A stretch of 24,000 nt of DNA from Acidimicrobiales bacterium. Lineage in GTDB: Bacteria > Actinomycetota > Acidimicrobiia > Acidimicrobiales > Poriferisodalaceae. Location of the stretch: contig OZ243889.1 of the NCBI GenBank assembly GCA_965213525.1, positions 1,154,860 to 1,178,859 of the forward strand. The letters are read 5' to 3'. Of the stretch, positions 1-7,390 are shown in pieces; position 1 is the stretch's first letter, and each line of letters begins with the position of its first letter. Below the pieces are notes generated by a model that worked only from the letters and a program-made list of their open reading frames with translations, was not told the origin of the DNA and ran no database searches. The position numbers and the translations under genes are program-made.

Positions 1-1183
1 CGGCGTGCTTCCAGTCGACCGGATCGTGCAGTGACAGCGTGCGGGCGTTGCGCCACCAGCGATCGAAGCCGGCGCCGGCGGCCACCGAGCGGGTGCCCAT
101 CAACGAGTGCAGCTCCGAGGTGGCCCGCAGCGCCGCCCGAGACGCCGCCGCCTTGGCCGCGTAGATCGGCACCGCCAGCTCGGTGCGCGAGATCTCGTCG
201 CGCTCGAAGGCGTCGAGCAGGTCAGCGGTGCGGATCGTGAGGGCGTGGGCGGCGGCCAGATCGCTCGTCAGCTCGCCGGTGAGGCGCCGCACGTAGGGGT
301 CCTCGGTGGCCACCTCCACCCCGCCGGCCGCCCACGGCCGACTGCGTTCGGCGACGAAGGGCACCGCGTCGGCGATCGCCCCGACGCCGATGCCGACCAA
401 CACCGCAGCGAAGCCCGCCTGGTACCGGAGGCTCGCATGGGGCAGTGGCGCCCGACCCGGCACCGAGGCCACCCACTCGGGTGGACATTGCACGGCGTCG
501 AAGGTGATCGTCCCTGAATCGGTGGCGCGCTGCCCGAGCGCGTCCCAGTCCCGGTGCACCGTCACCCCGGGGGTGCCACGGGGGATCAGGAGCAGCTGCA
601 TGCCGAGGATCGGCACCTCCTCGGTGGCGGCGGCCGGGTTGAACGCCCAGGTGGCGATGTGGTCGGCCTCGGCTGCGCCGGTCGTGTAGATCTTCCTGCC
701 GTCGACGACGAAGCCGCCGTCGTCGGTGGGCGTGGCGATGGTGGTGAGGGGATCCTCGGCGGTGCGGCCACCCTCGGCCACCGCCAGCCCGAGCACGGCC
801 CCGCCGGCCACCAGGCCCCCGAGGCGGCGGCGCTGGGCGTCGGGGCAGTACACGACGATCTCGCGCGTCAGCTCGTCGTGGACCTTGAAGACCTGGGCCA
901 CGGCCGAGTCGGCCACCGCAAGGCGGACCTGCAGTTCGAGGCTGCAGCGGTGCGACGCTCCCCCACCACCGAGGTCGGCGGCCAACCCGCTCGTCATGGC
1001 CCGCAGGCCCCGCAGGGCGGCCATCGACTCGGTGGGGTACCGGCCCCGCTCGTCGTTGGCCCGGGCCGCCGATGCGATGACGTCGTCGAGCACCTTCTGA
1101 GCCTCGGCGACGATCTCGGTCTCCTCGGGCACCAGCCCGGGTGGTGGGATGGCCGCACCGAGCAGCGGGGGCAGCGCGCTCAC
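1..1183 (-). CDS. Acyl-CoA dehydrogenase-fold flavoenzyme (DszC/SfnB-like flavin monooxygenase type); 3' end cut by the window edge
   Basis: Absent from the ORF track because it has no stop inside the window. Manual minus-strand translation from GTG 1183..1181 stays open to position 2 (394 codons): VSALPPLLGAAIPPPGLVPEETEIVAEAQKVLDDV...GRKIYTTGAAEADHIATWAF...DALGQRATDSGTITFDAV...SELHSLMGTRSVAAGAGFDRWWRNARTLSLHDPVDWKHA. The layout is ACAD-like. The C-terminal FDRWWRNARTLSLHDP block is typical of DszC/SfnB-type enzymes. A GGAGG sits 5 nt upstream of the start. There is a GTGA start/stop overlap with the upstream gene at 1180-1183. Confidence 0.85.
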   Translation of the reverse strand, partial: MSALPPLLGAAIPPPGLVPEETEIVAEAQKVLDDVIASAARANDERGRYPTESMAALRGLRAMTSGLAADLGGGGASHRCSLELQVRLAVADSAVAQVFKVHDELTREIVVYCPDAQRRRLGGLVAGGAVLGLAVAEGGRTAEDPLTTIATPTDDGGFVVDGRKIYTTGAAEADHIATWAFNPAAATEEVPILGMQLLLIPRGTPGVTVHRDWDALGQRATDSGTITFDAVQCPPEWVASVPGRAPLPHASLRYQAGFAAVLVGIGVGAIADAVPFVAERSRPWAAGGVEVATEDPYVRRLTGELTSDLAAAHALTIRTADLLDAFERDEISRTELAVPIYAAKAAASRAALRATSELHSLMGTRSVAAGAGFDRWWRNARTLSLHDPVDWKHA

Positions 1184-2934
1184 GGGGCACCTCCGGTGGG
1201 ATCGTGGACGTGAGACGGACAGCGACAGCACATGACGACGGGCACGAAGCTCTGGGTGGGGGTGTCGATCAACCCCCGCTCGGTGAGGCCGTAGTCGGGC
1301 ACCCCGGCGAGCCCCACGAAGGCGAGGATCATGAACGGGCTGGCCACCTCGCACCCGAGCCCCCGCGCCGCAGCGTTGACGCCGTCAGACGCCTCGAGCA
1401 CCTCCTCGAAGGGCCGGTCCGACATGATCCCGCCCACCGCCAGCGGGGCGGCGGCCAGCACCTGGCCGTCGCGCACAGCGACGTACCCGCCGCCGAGATC
1501 GCCCAGGGCGTTGGCGGCGGCGGCCATCTCGGCGTCAGAGGTGCCGACCACCACGAGGTTCTGGTTCTCGCAGTTCGTCGTCGAGGCCAGGGCGCCAGCT
1601 CGCAGACCGAAGCCTCGCACGAACCCGCATGCCCGGCCGTCGGTGCCGTGGTGGCGGTCGACGACGGCGATCTTGGCCACGTCGACGGCCGGGTCGGCCA
1701 CGACGTTGCCGTCGACCACGGCCAGCTCGGCCTCGAAGGCCCGCTTGAAGTAGCCGTCGTACATCTCCATCGCCCGCACGACGGCGATCTCGTCCTCAGC
1801 GGCGTCGGCAGCCACGACGAACGCCGCGGGTCCGAAGTCCGGGGCCAGGTGCACCGTGGCGTACAGGTCGTCGGGCACCGTGTCGGGGTTGTCGAAGGCG
1901 GGCGCGCCGTCGCGCCCCACCACGACGCCGTCGACCAGCACCAACGACGGCACCACCTCGGCGAGGTCGTCGAGGATCATCAGATCGGCCCGGCGGGTGG
2001 GGGTGACCGAGCCGACGACGTGGTCGAGGCGGTAGTGGGCGGCGGCGTTCAGCGTGGCCATCCGGTACGCATCGACCACCGGGACACCGGTCGCGATCGC
2101 CGAGCGCACGTGGTGGTCGATGTGGCCGATCCGGTGGAGGTCCTCGACGTGGCGGTCGTCGGCGCAGAACGACACGTGGGCGAACCCGGCGCGCACCGCA
2201 TCGACGTCGGCGAACACCAGGGGCACGTTGTCGTTCATCGACCCCGACATGACCGTCACCATCATCCCGAGGCGCAGGCGCTCGAGCACCTCGGCGGTGT
2301 CGAAGGCGTTGTGGTCATCAGAGATGCCCCCAGCGGCGTAGGCCCAGAGGGGTTCGTCGGCCAGGCGAGCGGTGTGGCCGGTGTTGCGACGCCCCAAGGC
2401 CAGGGTGAGCGACTGCGCCCGGGCCGAGCGGTCATCCAGATCGAAGGGGTTGGACTCTCCGAGGGTCACGGTGTGAGCCCGTGGGATGCGCACCAGCTGC
2501 TCGTCCTCGGTGACCGTCGCCCCGCCGAGCTCGAGCGCGGGCACCCGGGGGATGCGGTGGGAGATCTGGGCGAGGATCCGCAGCGGGGTGCCGGTGGTGC
2601 CCACCCAGTCCATGGCGTCGGCGCCGGCGACGTTGCCGATGCAGTTCGGGTCGGCGAGGACGGTGGTGGTCCCCCGGGGCACCACGCATCGGGCCAGCTC
2701 GCCGGGGGTGAGCATCGTGTACTCGATGTGCAGGTGGGTGTCGATGAAGGTGGGGCTGACGAACGCCCCGGCGGCGTCGATCTCGTCTTCGGCGTCGAGG
2801 CGGCCGGGCGGCACGACCGCCGCCACGAAGGCGCCGCACATCACGACGTCGCGCTCGAGGACCTCGCCGGAGTGCACGGCCAGCAGGCGCCCGCCGCGCA
2901 CCGCGAGATCGCCGGGTTCATGACCACCGGCCAC
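1180..2934 (-). CDS. Adenine deaminase-fold amidohydrolase (divergent paralog; substrate uncertain)
   Basis: ORF track 1180..3087 (-). Family blocks seen: FIDTHLHIEYTM (HxH metal motif), GTTTVLADP, GGISDDHNAFDTAEVLERLRLGMMVTVMSGS, and the C-terminal block DRHHGTDGRACGFVRGFGLRAGALASTTNCENQNLVVVGTSDAEMAAAANAL..GGGYVAVRDGQVLAAAPLAVGGIMSD. The ATG at 3087 would overlap the upstream gene by 73 nt. I therefore place the start at in-frame GTG 2934 (VAGGHEPGDLAVRGGRLLAV...). TTG 2952 and ATG 3087 remain possible. Confidence 0.8.
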   Translation of the reverse strand: MAGGHEPGDLAVRGGRLLAVHSGEVLERDVVMCGAFVAAVVPPGRLDAEDEIDAAGAFVSPTFIDTHLHIEYTMLTPGELARCVVPRGTTTVLADPNCIGNVAGADAMDWVGTTGTPLRILAQISHRIPRVPALELGGATVTEDEQLVRIPRAHTVTLGESNPFDLDDRSARAQSLTLALGRRNTGHTARLADEPLWAYAAGGISDDHNAFDTAEVLERLRLGMMVTVMSGSMNDNVPLVFADVDAVRAGFAHVSFCADDRHVEDLHRIGHIDHHVRSAIATGVPVVDAYRMATLNAAAHYRLDHVVGSVTPTRRADLMILDDLAEVVPSLVLVDGVVVGRDGAPAFDNPDTVPDDLYATVHLAPDFGPAAFVVAADAAEDEIAVVRAMEMYDGYFKRAFEAELAVVDGNVVADPAVDVAKIAVVDRHHGTDGRACGFVRGFGLRAGALASTTNCENQNLVVVGTSDAEMAAAANALGDLGGGYVAVRDGQVLAAAPLAVGGIMSDRPFEEVLEASDGVNAAARGLGCEVASPFMILAFVGLAGVPDYGLTERGLIDTPTQSFVPVVMCCRCPSHVHDPTGGAP

Positions 2935-3014
2935 CCGGCGGAGCCGTTGCAACTCGGCGGGGGTGGCGACGAGGTGCGCGCCGACGGCGCCGACCGCGGC
3001 CGCCGCGGGCGGGG

Positions 3015-3731
3015 TCAGCTGCTCACCGCGGCGAGGCGGCGCTCGAAGGCGATCCGCCCGGCCTGCTCGCGCTCGAAGGCGCCCCACACCCGGTCACGCA
3101 CCCGTTGTTGGGCCTCTGTCGTGGTGGCGTAGCGCTCGACGGTGCGCCGGCCGATCAGCACGTGGAACCGCTCGTCGGGCACGACCTTGTCGAGCACGGC
3201 GTTGGTGGACGCCGGCAGCCGTGGCCGCAGATCCTCGAAGGCCTGCACCGCGCCGAGCTCGCCAGCGATGTTGTGGGCGGCCACCTTCTCGAGCGTGTCG
3301 GCACCGGCGGGGTACCAGACCTGGATCCACTCGACCCACTCGGGCTCGGGCTCCCAGCCCTGCATCGTGCCGCCCAGCTCGTCGAGGTGGCGGGCGAACA
3401 GGTGGTGGTGCTTGCCCTCGTCGGCGATCTGGCGGGTGAGGGCGTAGAAGACGTCTTCCTCGGTGACGTCGGCCAGCCAGGCGCCGATGAACTGAGCGGC
3501 CTGGCGCTCGTACCACGCCTGGAAGGCGACCCACTCCCTCAGCTCGGCGCCCTCCATCGGCCGCCCGGCCCCGAAGCCCTGCTCGGCGGTGGACAGCTCA
3601 CCCCGCCGCACGGCCAGCTCGGCGCACAGCTCGTCGTAGAAGACCGACGGGACGAGAGCTCGGTCGCTCGGGCCCCGTTCGCTTGGGCCCCGGTCGCTCG
3701 GGCCCCGTTCGCTGGGGGCGGCGACGCTCAT
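3015..3731 (-). CDS. Ferritin-like diiron-carboxylate protein, function unknown
   Basis: ORF track 3015..3731 (-), 238 aa. It shows a four-helix-bundle diiron ligand pattern, E...ExxH...E...ExxH: WYERQAAQF, IADEGKHHH, IAGELGAVQAFE, PDERFHV. The N-terminus carries a GPSER/GPSDR x4 repeat. The ATGA start/stop overlap with the upstream amidohydrolase (3728-3731) indicates translational coupling. Confidence 0.75.
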   Translation of the reverse strand: MSVAAPSERGPSDRGPSERGPSDRALVPSVFYDELCAELAVRRGELSTAEQGFGAGRPMEGAELREWVAFQAWYERQAAQFIGAWLADVTEEDVFYALTRQIADEGKHHHLFARHLDELGGTMQGWEPEPEWVEWIQVWYPAGADTLEKVAAHNIAGELGAVQAFEDLRPRLPASTNAVLDKVVPDERFHVLIGRRTVERYATTTEAQQRVRDRVWGAFEREQAGRIAFERRLAAVSS

Positions 3732-4912
3732 GCGGCCGCTCGCGGCGGGGCGGTCACCCCGTCGGCGTCGAACCAGGCGCCCGAACGCAGGCAGCCGACC
3801 GGCTCGAGCACCTGATCGGCCACGACGGTCTCCTTGCCGTCGCTCAGCTCGGTCGCCTCGGTGGCGATGCGCAGCACCGAGACGTGGGCCTCGCGACCGG
3901 GGGCGAGCGACCCGAGCTCGTCGAGGCGGCCGATGCTGCGGGCAGCGTTGACGGTTGCCATGGCGATGACGGCGGGCAGCTCGACGCCCAGGTGCCAGAT
4001 CTTGGACATGGTGGTGGCCAGGCTGAAGACGGGCCCGTCGAGGTTGAACACGTTGAGGTCGGTGGAGATGGTGTCGGGCAGGTAGCCCTGGTCCATCAGC
4101 CGGCGGGCGTCACGGAACCGGAAGTCGGTGCCGCTGTGGCCCACGTCGAGGCGCACGCCCCGATCGACGGCGTCACGGAACTCGGCGATCACCTTGCCGT
4201 CGGTGCCGATCATCCCGCCCGCACCACGGAAGGCGTGGGTGATGATGTCGCCGGGCCGCAGCGCCCGCAGCAGGTCCGGCGTCGAGATCGTCGGGGTGAA
4301 CGGGAACCGGCCGAGGTGCACCATCACCGGCTTGTCGCCAGCGACCTCCTGCGCCCCTTCGAGGAACGGCGAGCGGGACTCGTCCTCGCCGTCGACGTAG
4401 CAGGCCCGCACCTTGAACCCGACGGCGAGGTCGGCGTGGCGCTCGAAGCTCTCGCGTGCCGAGGCGATGTCGAGGTTGCGCAGATCGTTGGCGATCTCGA
4501 GCTTGTGGCAGATGAAGTCCTTGGTCGCCAGATAGAGCTGGTTGGCGTCCATGAACGCGTAGACCTTGGTCGACACGTCGGGGTGGTCGAGCCAGGCTCG
4601 CCGGCTGACGTCGAAGGTGGCGATGCCGCTGGTCCCGCCGTCGACGAGCACCGGCACGCCGTGGGCGACGCCCACCTGGTCGGGCTCGAGGCAGAAGTCG
4701 CCGAGGCCGGCCATCACGTGCACGTGGGCGTCGATGAGCCCGGGTGTGACCACCGATCCGGTGCAGTCGCGCACCTCGGCGTCGGGGTGGGCGGCGGCGG
4801 CGTCGGGGCCGACCCCGACGATCCGGCCATCGCTCACGACCACGTCGGCCGTCTCGTCGAGCTCGTTTGCCGGGTCGATGACCCGGCCGCCTGCCAGCAC
4901 CATGGTGTCCAT
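3728..4912 (-). CDS. Amidohydrolase-superfamily metallohydrolase (dihydroorotase/deacetylase-like)
   Basis: ORF track 3728..5146 (-). The first 78 codons are Arg-rich with no family similarity. The real start is taken as ATG 4912 (MDTMVLAGGRVIDPANE...), the usual N-terminal beta-strand of this fold. Motifs: PGLIDAHVHV (HxH), VGFKVRA (candidate carboxylated Lys), VMVHLG, IITHAF, TISTDLN (Asp). Confidence 0.85.
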   Translation of the reverse strand: MDTMVLAGGRVIDPANELDETADVVVSDGRIVGVGPDAAAAHPDAEVRDCTGSVVTPGLIDAHVHVMAGLGDFCLEPDQVGVAHGVPVLVDGGTSGIATFDVSRRAWLDHPDVSTKVYAFMDANQLYLATKDFICHKLEIANDLRNLDIASARESFERHADLAVGFKVRACYVDGEDESRSPFLEGAQEVAGDKPVMVHLGRFPFTPTISTPDLLRALRPGDIITHAFRGAGGMIGTDGKVIAEFRDAVDRGVRLDVGHSGTDFRFRDARRLMDQGYLPDTISTDLNVFNLDGPVFSLATTMSKIWHLGVELPAVIAMATVNAARSIGRLDELGSLAPGREAHVSVLRIATEATELSDGKETVVADQVLEPVGCLRSGAWFDADGVTAPPRAAA

Positions 4913-5019
4913 GGGCGCACCATATGCAGCGAGGGTTGCGCTTGCGTCACGGGCTCCTGCACCCGTTCTTTCGCAGCCGGCCCCGTCGTCGTGGCCCTCG
5001 GCGTGCGAGTGGCGCCGCC

Positions 5020-5421
5020 TCAGGTGCGCCAGCTCGCCCGGGGATCGGCCTCGGGTCCCTCCGCGTCGCCGGTGCGCACGTACCACTCCCAACGGGTGCC
5101 GTCGGGGCCGTCGAGCCACGTCTCGGTCTTGGTGGCGAAGCAGCACACGGCGTCGGCGACGCCGGTGGTGTCGATGCCCACGCCCGAGAGGCGCTGCTCA
5201 GCGGCCACCACCTCCTCGGCGGTCTCGGTCTCGACGCCGAGGTGGTTCAGCGAGCCGCTCGGGCCTGCACCCTCGAACAGCACGAGCTTGAGGGGTGGTT
5301 CGGCGATCGCGAAGTTGGCGTACCCGTCGCGGATCTTGGCCGGTTCGGTGGCGAACAGCCGGGAGTAGAAGTCGACGGCTGCGTCGAGGTCATCGACGTT
5401 CAGGGCGAGCTGCAGGCGCAC
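5020..5421 (-). CDS. arsI: ArsI/CadI-family VOC (glyoxalase-fold) metalloenzyme, putative C-As lyase
   Basis: ORF track 5020..5493 (-). The start is taken at GTG 5421, with a GGAAGGA SD 5 nt upstream. The sequence VRLQLALNVDDLDAAVDFYSRLFATEPAKIRDGYANFAIAEPPLKLVLFEGAG..LNHLGVE....DAVCCFATKTETWLDGPDGTRWEWY matches the ArsI/CadI family, including the vicinal Cys-Cys pair and candidate Gln/His/Glu metal ligands. Confidence 0.85.
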   Translation of the reverse strand: MRLQLALNVDDLDAAVDFYSRLFATEPAKIRDGYANFAIAEPPLKLVLFEGAGPSGSLNHLGVETETAEEVVAAEQRLSGVGIDTTGVADAVCCFATKTETWLDGPDGTRWEWYVRTGDAEGPEADPRASWRT

Positions 5422-5522
5422 GGTGGTCCTTCCGGAGGCGACAGCGGGCGACCGACGATCGCCTCGCAACGATGGTGTTCGATCGCTTCGCATCTACGCG
5501 CTTGGCATCGATGGTGATCGAT
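5422..5522. promoter_or_regulatory. Divergent arsI / arsR control region with a candidate ArsR operator
   Basis: This is a 101-nt gap between divergent starts. It contains four GCATC(G) motifs (about 5490, 5505, 5528, 5536; the last two lie beyond the 5522 feature end and fall inside arsR if it starts at 5523). It also has two ATCGAT palindromes (5507-5512, 5517-5522) and an outer inverted pair TTCGAT (5478-5483) / ATCGAA (5538-5543). No -10/-35 assignment was attempted. Confidence 0.35.
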
Positions 5523-5930
5523 ATGTTGCATCGTCGCATCGAAGGCTGTCAATATGTCGTCGTGGCTGGCGAGGACGACGTGCGGCCGTGGTGCTGCCCA
5601 CCCCTCACCACCGAGGTGCTCGACGCACACCACGCCGACGAGCTGGCCGGCGTGATGAAGGCGCTCGCCGATCCCGTGCGGCTGCGCCTGGTGTCCATCG
5701 TCGCCAACGCCGCCTCCGGCGAGGTGTGCGCATGTGACCTCCCCGCTCTCGTGGGTCGATCACAGCCCACCGTCAGCCACCACCTCGCTCAGCTGGTCGC
5801 CGCCGGGGTGCTCGAGCGCTCGCAGCGGGGTCGGTGGGCCTGGTTCCACCTGCGACCCGGGCGGTTGCAGGCCCTGTCCGAGCTGCTCGATGCGACCGCA
5901 GCGACAGCCCGCTCCCCCGCCGACGCCTGA
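5523..5930 (+). CDS. arsR: ArsR/SmtB-family metalloregulator
   Basis: ORF track 5295..5930 (+), trimmed to ATG 5523. In-frame GTG 5562 or GTG 5580 (GAGGA 4 nt upstream) are alternative starts. Motifs: ALADPVRLRLVSIV, EVCACDL (a variant of ELCVCDL), SQPTVSHHLAQLVAAGVL (HTH). An N-terminal WCCPPL Cys pair resembles the corynebacterial-type As(III) site. Confidence 0.85.
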   Translation: MLHRRIEGCQYVVVAGEDDVRPWCCPPLTTEVLDAHHADELAGVMKALADPVRLRLVSIVANAASGEVCACDLPALVGRSQPTVSHHLAQLVAAGVLERSQRGRWAWFHLRPGRLQALSELLDATAATARSPADA

Positions 5931-6043
5931 CCTCCATCCCGCAGCTCTCGGGGGCCTCGCCGACGATGCGATCACCGACGCTGCCGGCCTCCCCATCGCA
6001 ACTGACCGCCCTGCAGACACCACCACCGCCGAAGGAACCTGCG

Positions 6044-6529
6044 ATGACCTCGCCCGAACCGCCCCGCCCCGCCACCGATCCGACCCCGACCGGCTCGCCC
6101 GCCCCGACCGGAGCACCGGCCCCACAGCGACCCACCGTGCTGTTCCTCTGCGTCCACAACGCCGGCCGGTCCCAGATGGCCGCGGGGTGGCTCCGGCACC
6201 TGGCGGACGAAGCCATCGAGGTCCGCTCCGGTGGATCCGAACCTGCTGGTGAGCTCAACCCGGCGGCGGTGACGGCGATGGCCGAGGTCGGCGTGGACCT
6301 CACCGGCGAGGCGCCGCGGCGCTGGGACGACGCCGAGGTGCGAGCGGCCGACGTCGTGGTCACCATGGGCTGCGGGGACAGCTGCCCGATCGTGCCCGGC
6401 GTGCGCTACGAGGACTGGAACCTCACCGACCCCGCCGAGCAGCCGGTCGAGGTGGTCCGGGAGGTCCGTGACGAGATCCGCCGGCGGGTCGAGGTCCTGG
6501 CGCTCAGCCTCGGGGTCGGCCCGGCGTGA
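6044..6529 (+). CDS. arsC: Arsenate reductase, low-molecular-weight phosphatase type
   Basis: ORF track 5834..6529 (+), trimmed to ATG 6044, with a GAAGGAA SD at 6031-6037. P-loop CVHNAGRS (CX5R-S): TVLFLCVHNAGRSQMAAGW. Downstream Cys pair in VVTMGCGDSCP, followed by EDWNLTDP. About 30 aa of Pro/Thr-rich sequence form an N-terminal extension. Confidence 0.9.
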   Translation: MTSPEPPRPATDPTPTGSPAPTGAPAPQRPTVLFLCVHNAGRSQMAAGWLRHLADEAIEVRSGGSEPAGELNPAAVTAMAEVGVDLTGEAPRRWDDAEVRAADVVVTMGCGDSCPIVPGVRYEDWNLTDPAEQPVEVVREVRDEIRRRVEVLALSLGVGPA

Positions 6530-7296
6530 GGGCCGGCGCCCGGGTGGACGGGTCGTGGCGCCCCGACCTCCGGCGCCTGACCGCCGAGCTCGTCGGCACG
6601 GCGTTCCTGCTCGCTGCGGTGGTGGGCTCGGGCATCATGGCCGAGCAGCTCACCGACGACGTCGGCCTGCAGCTGCTCCAGAACGCCTTGGCCACCGCCG
6701 GGGTGCTGACCGCGCTGATCCTGGCGCTCGGCCCGGCCTCGGGCGCCCACTTCAACCCGGTGGTCACCCTGGCCGACCGCATCTTCGGGGGCATGGACAC
6801 CCCCACCGCGGCGTCCTACGTCGTCGCCCAGGTCGCCGGCGGGGTGCTCGGCGTGCTCGTCGCCAACGCGATGTTCGACCTGTCGGTCATCGACTGGTCC
6901 ACCACGACGCGCTCTGGTGCTCACCTGGTGCTGGCCGAGGGGGTGGCCACGATCGGGCTGCTGTTGGTGATCTTCGGGGTCGTGCGATCGGGCCGGCCGA
7001 TGCTGGCCGCGTTCTCGGTGGGCGGCTACATCGCCGGCGCCTACTACTTCACGTCCTCGACGAGCTTCGCCAACCCGGCGGTCACCGTCGCCCGCACGTT
7101 CTCGGACACCTTCGCCGGCATCGAGCCCTCTTCGGCCCCGGCCTTCGTCGCCGCCCAGCTGGGCGCCACGATCCTCGCCGTGGCCCTGATCCGGGTGATC
7201 TACCCCGACATCTCCGACGTCGCCGACCAGGTCATCGTCCCCCATGGCGACACCGCCGCCCACGAAGAGGTCGAGGTCGAGGCCGAGCCGCCGTAA
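6526..7296 (+). CDS. MIP-family aquaglyceroporin (probable arsenite channel, AqpS/GlpF-like)
   Basis: ORF track 6526..7296 (+), 256 aa. It has two half-helix boxes, SGAHFNPVVT (NPV) and SFANPAVT (NPA), and six hydrophobic segments. The GTG start overlaps the arsC stop (GTGA at 6526-6529). Confidence 0.9.
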   Translation: MRAGARVDGSWRPDLRRLTAELVGTAFLLAAVVGSGIMAEQLTDDVGLQLLQNALATAGVLTALILALGPASGAHFNPVVTLADRIFGGMDTPTAASYVVAQVAGGVLGVLVANAMFDLSVIDWSTTTRSGAHLVLAEGVATIGLLLVIFGVVRSGRPMLAAFSVGGYIAGAYYFTSSTSFANPAVTVARTFSDTFAGIEPSSAPAFVAAQLGATILAVALIRVIYPDISDVADQVIVPHGDTAAHEEVEVEAEPP

Positions 7297-7316
7297 GCCG
7301 CTGTGGGCCTGCGTGG

Positions 7317-7390
7317 GCGGCACCGAGGTGACCGGGCCGACGTGCGCGACACCGAGGTGATCGGGTCTGGGCGACACCGAGGTGATCGGG
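7317..7390. repeat. Three 20-nt intergenic direct repeats (GCGRCACCGAGGTGAYCGGG)
   Basis: Copies at 7317-7336 (GCGGCACCGAGGTGACCGGG), 7346-7365 and 7371-7390 (both GCGACACCGAGGTGATCGGG). A degenerate fourth copy, CGGTGAGGTGTTCATCGG, lies at 7411-7428. The array sits between the aquaporin stop (7296) and the heliorhodopsin start (7505). Confidence 0.85.

Noticed and set aside
3728-5146. Long N-terminal extensions offered by the ORF track: 3728..5146, 5020..5493, 5295..5930, 5834..6529 and 12696..13337.
   Set aside because: The extensions are Arg/Pro-rich, lack family similarity, and overlap neighbouring genes or intergenic repeats. Good internal starts with SD sequences or family-typical N-termini exist at 4912, 5421, 5523, 6044 and 13148.
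7317-7390. Whether the 20-nt repeats (7317-7390) or the 13185-13305 array could be a small CRISPR array.
   Set aside because: Only 3 copies are present, with 5-9-nt or zero spacers. The units are not 24-48-nt repeats separated by unique spacers of similar size, and no cas genes are nearby.
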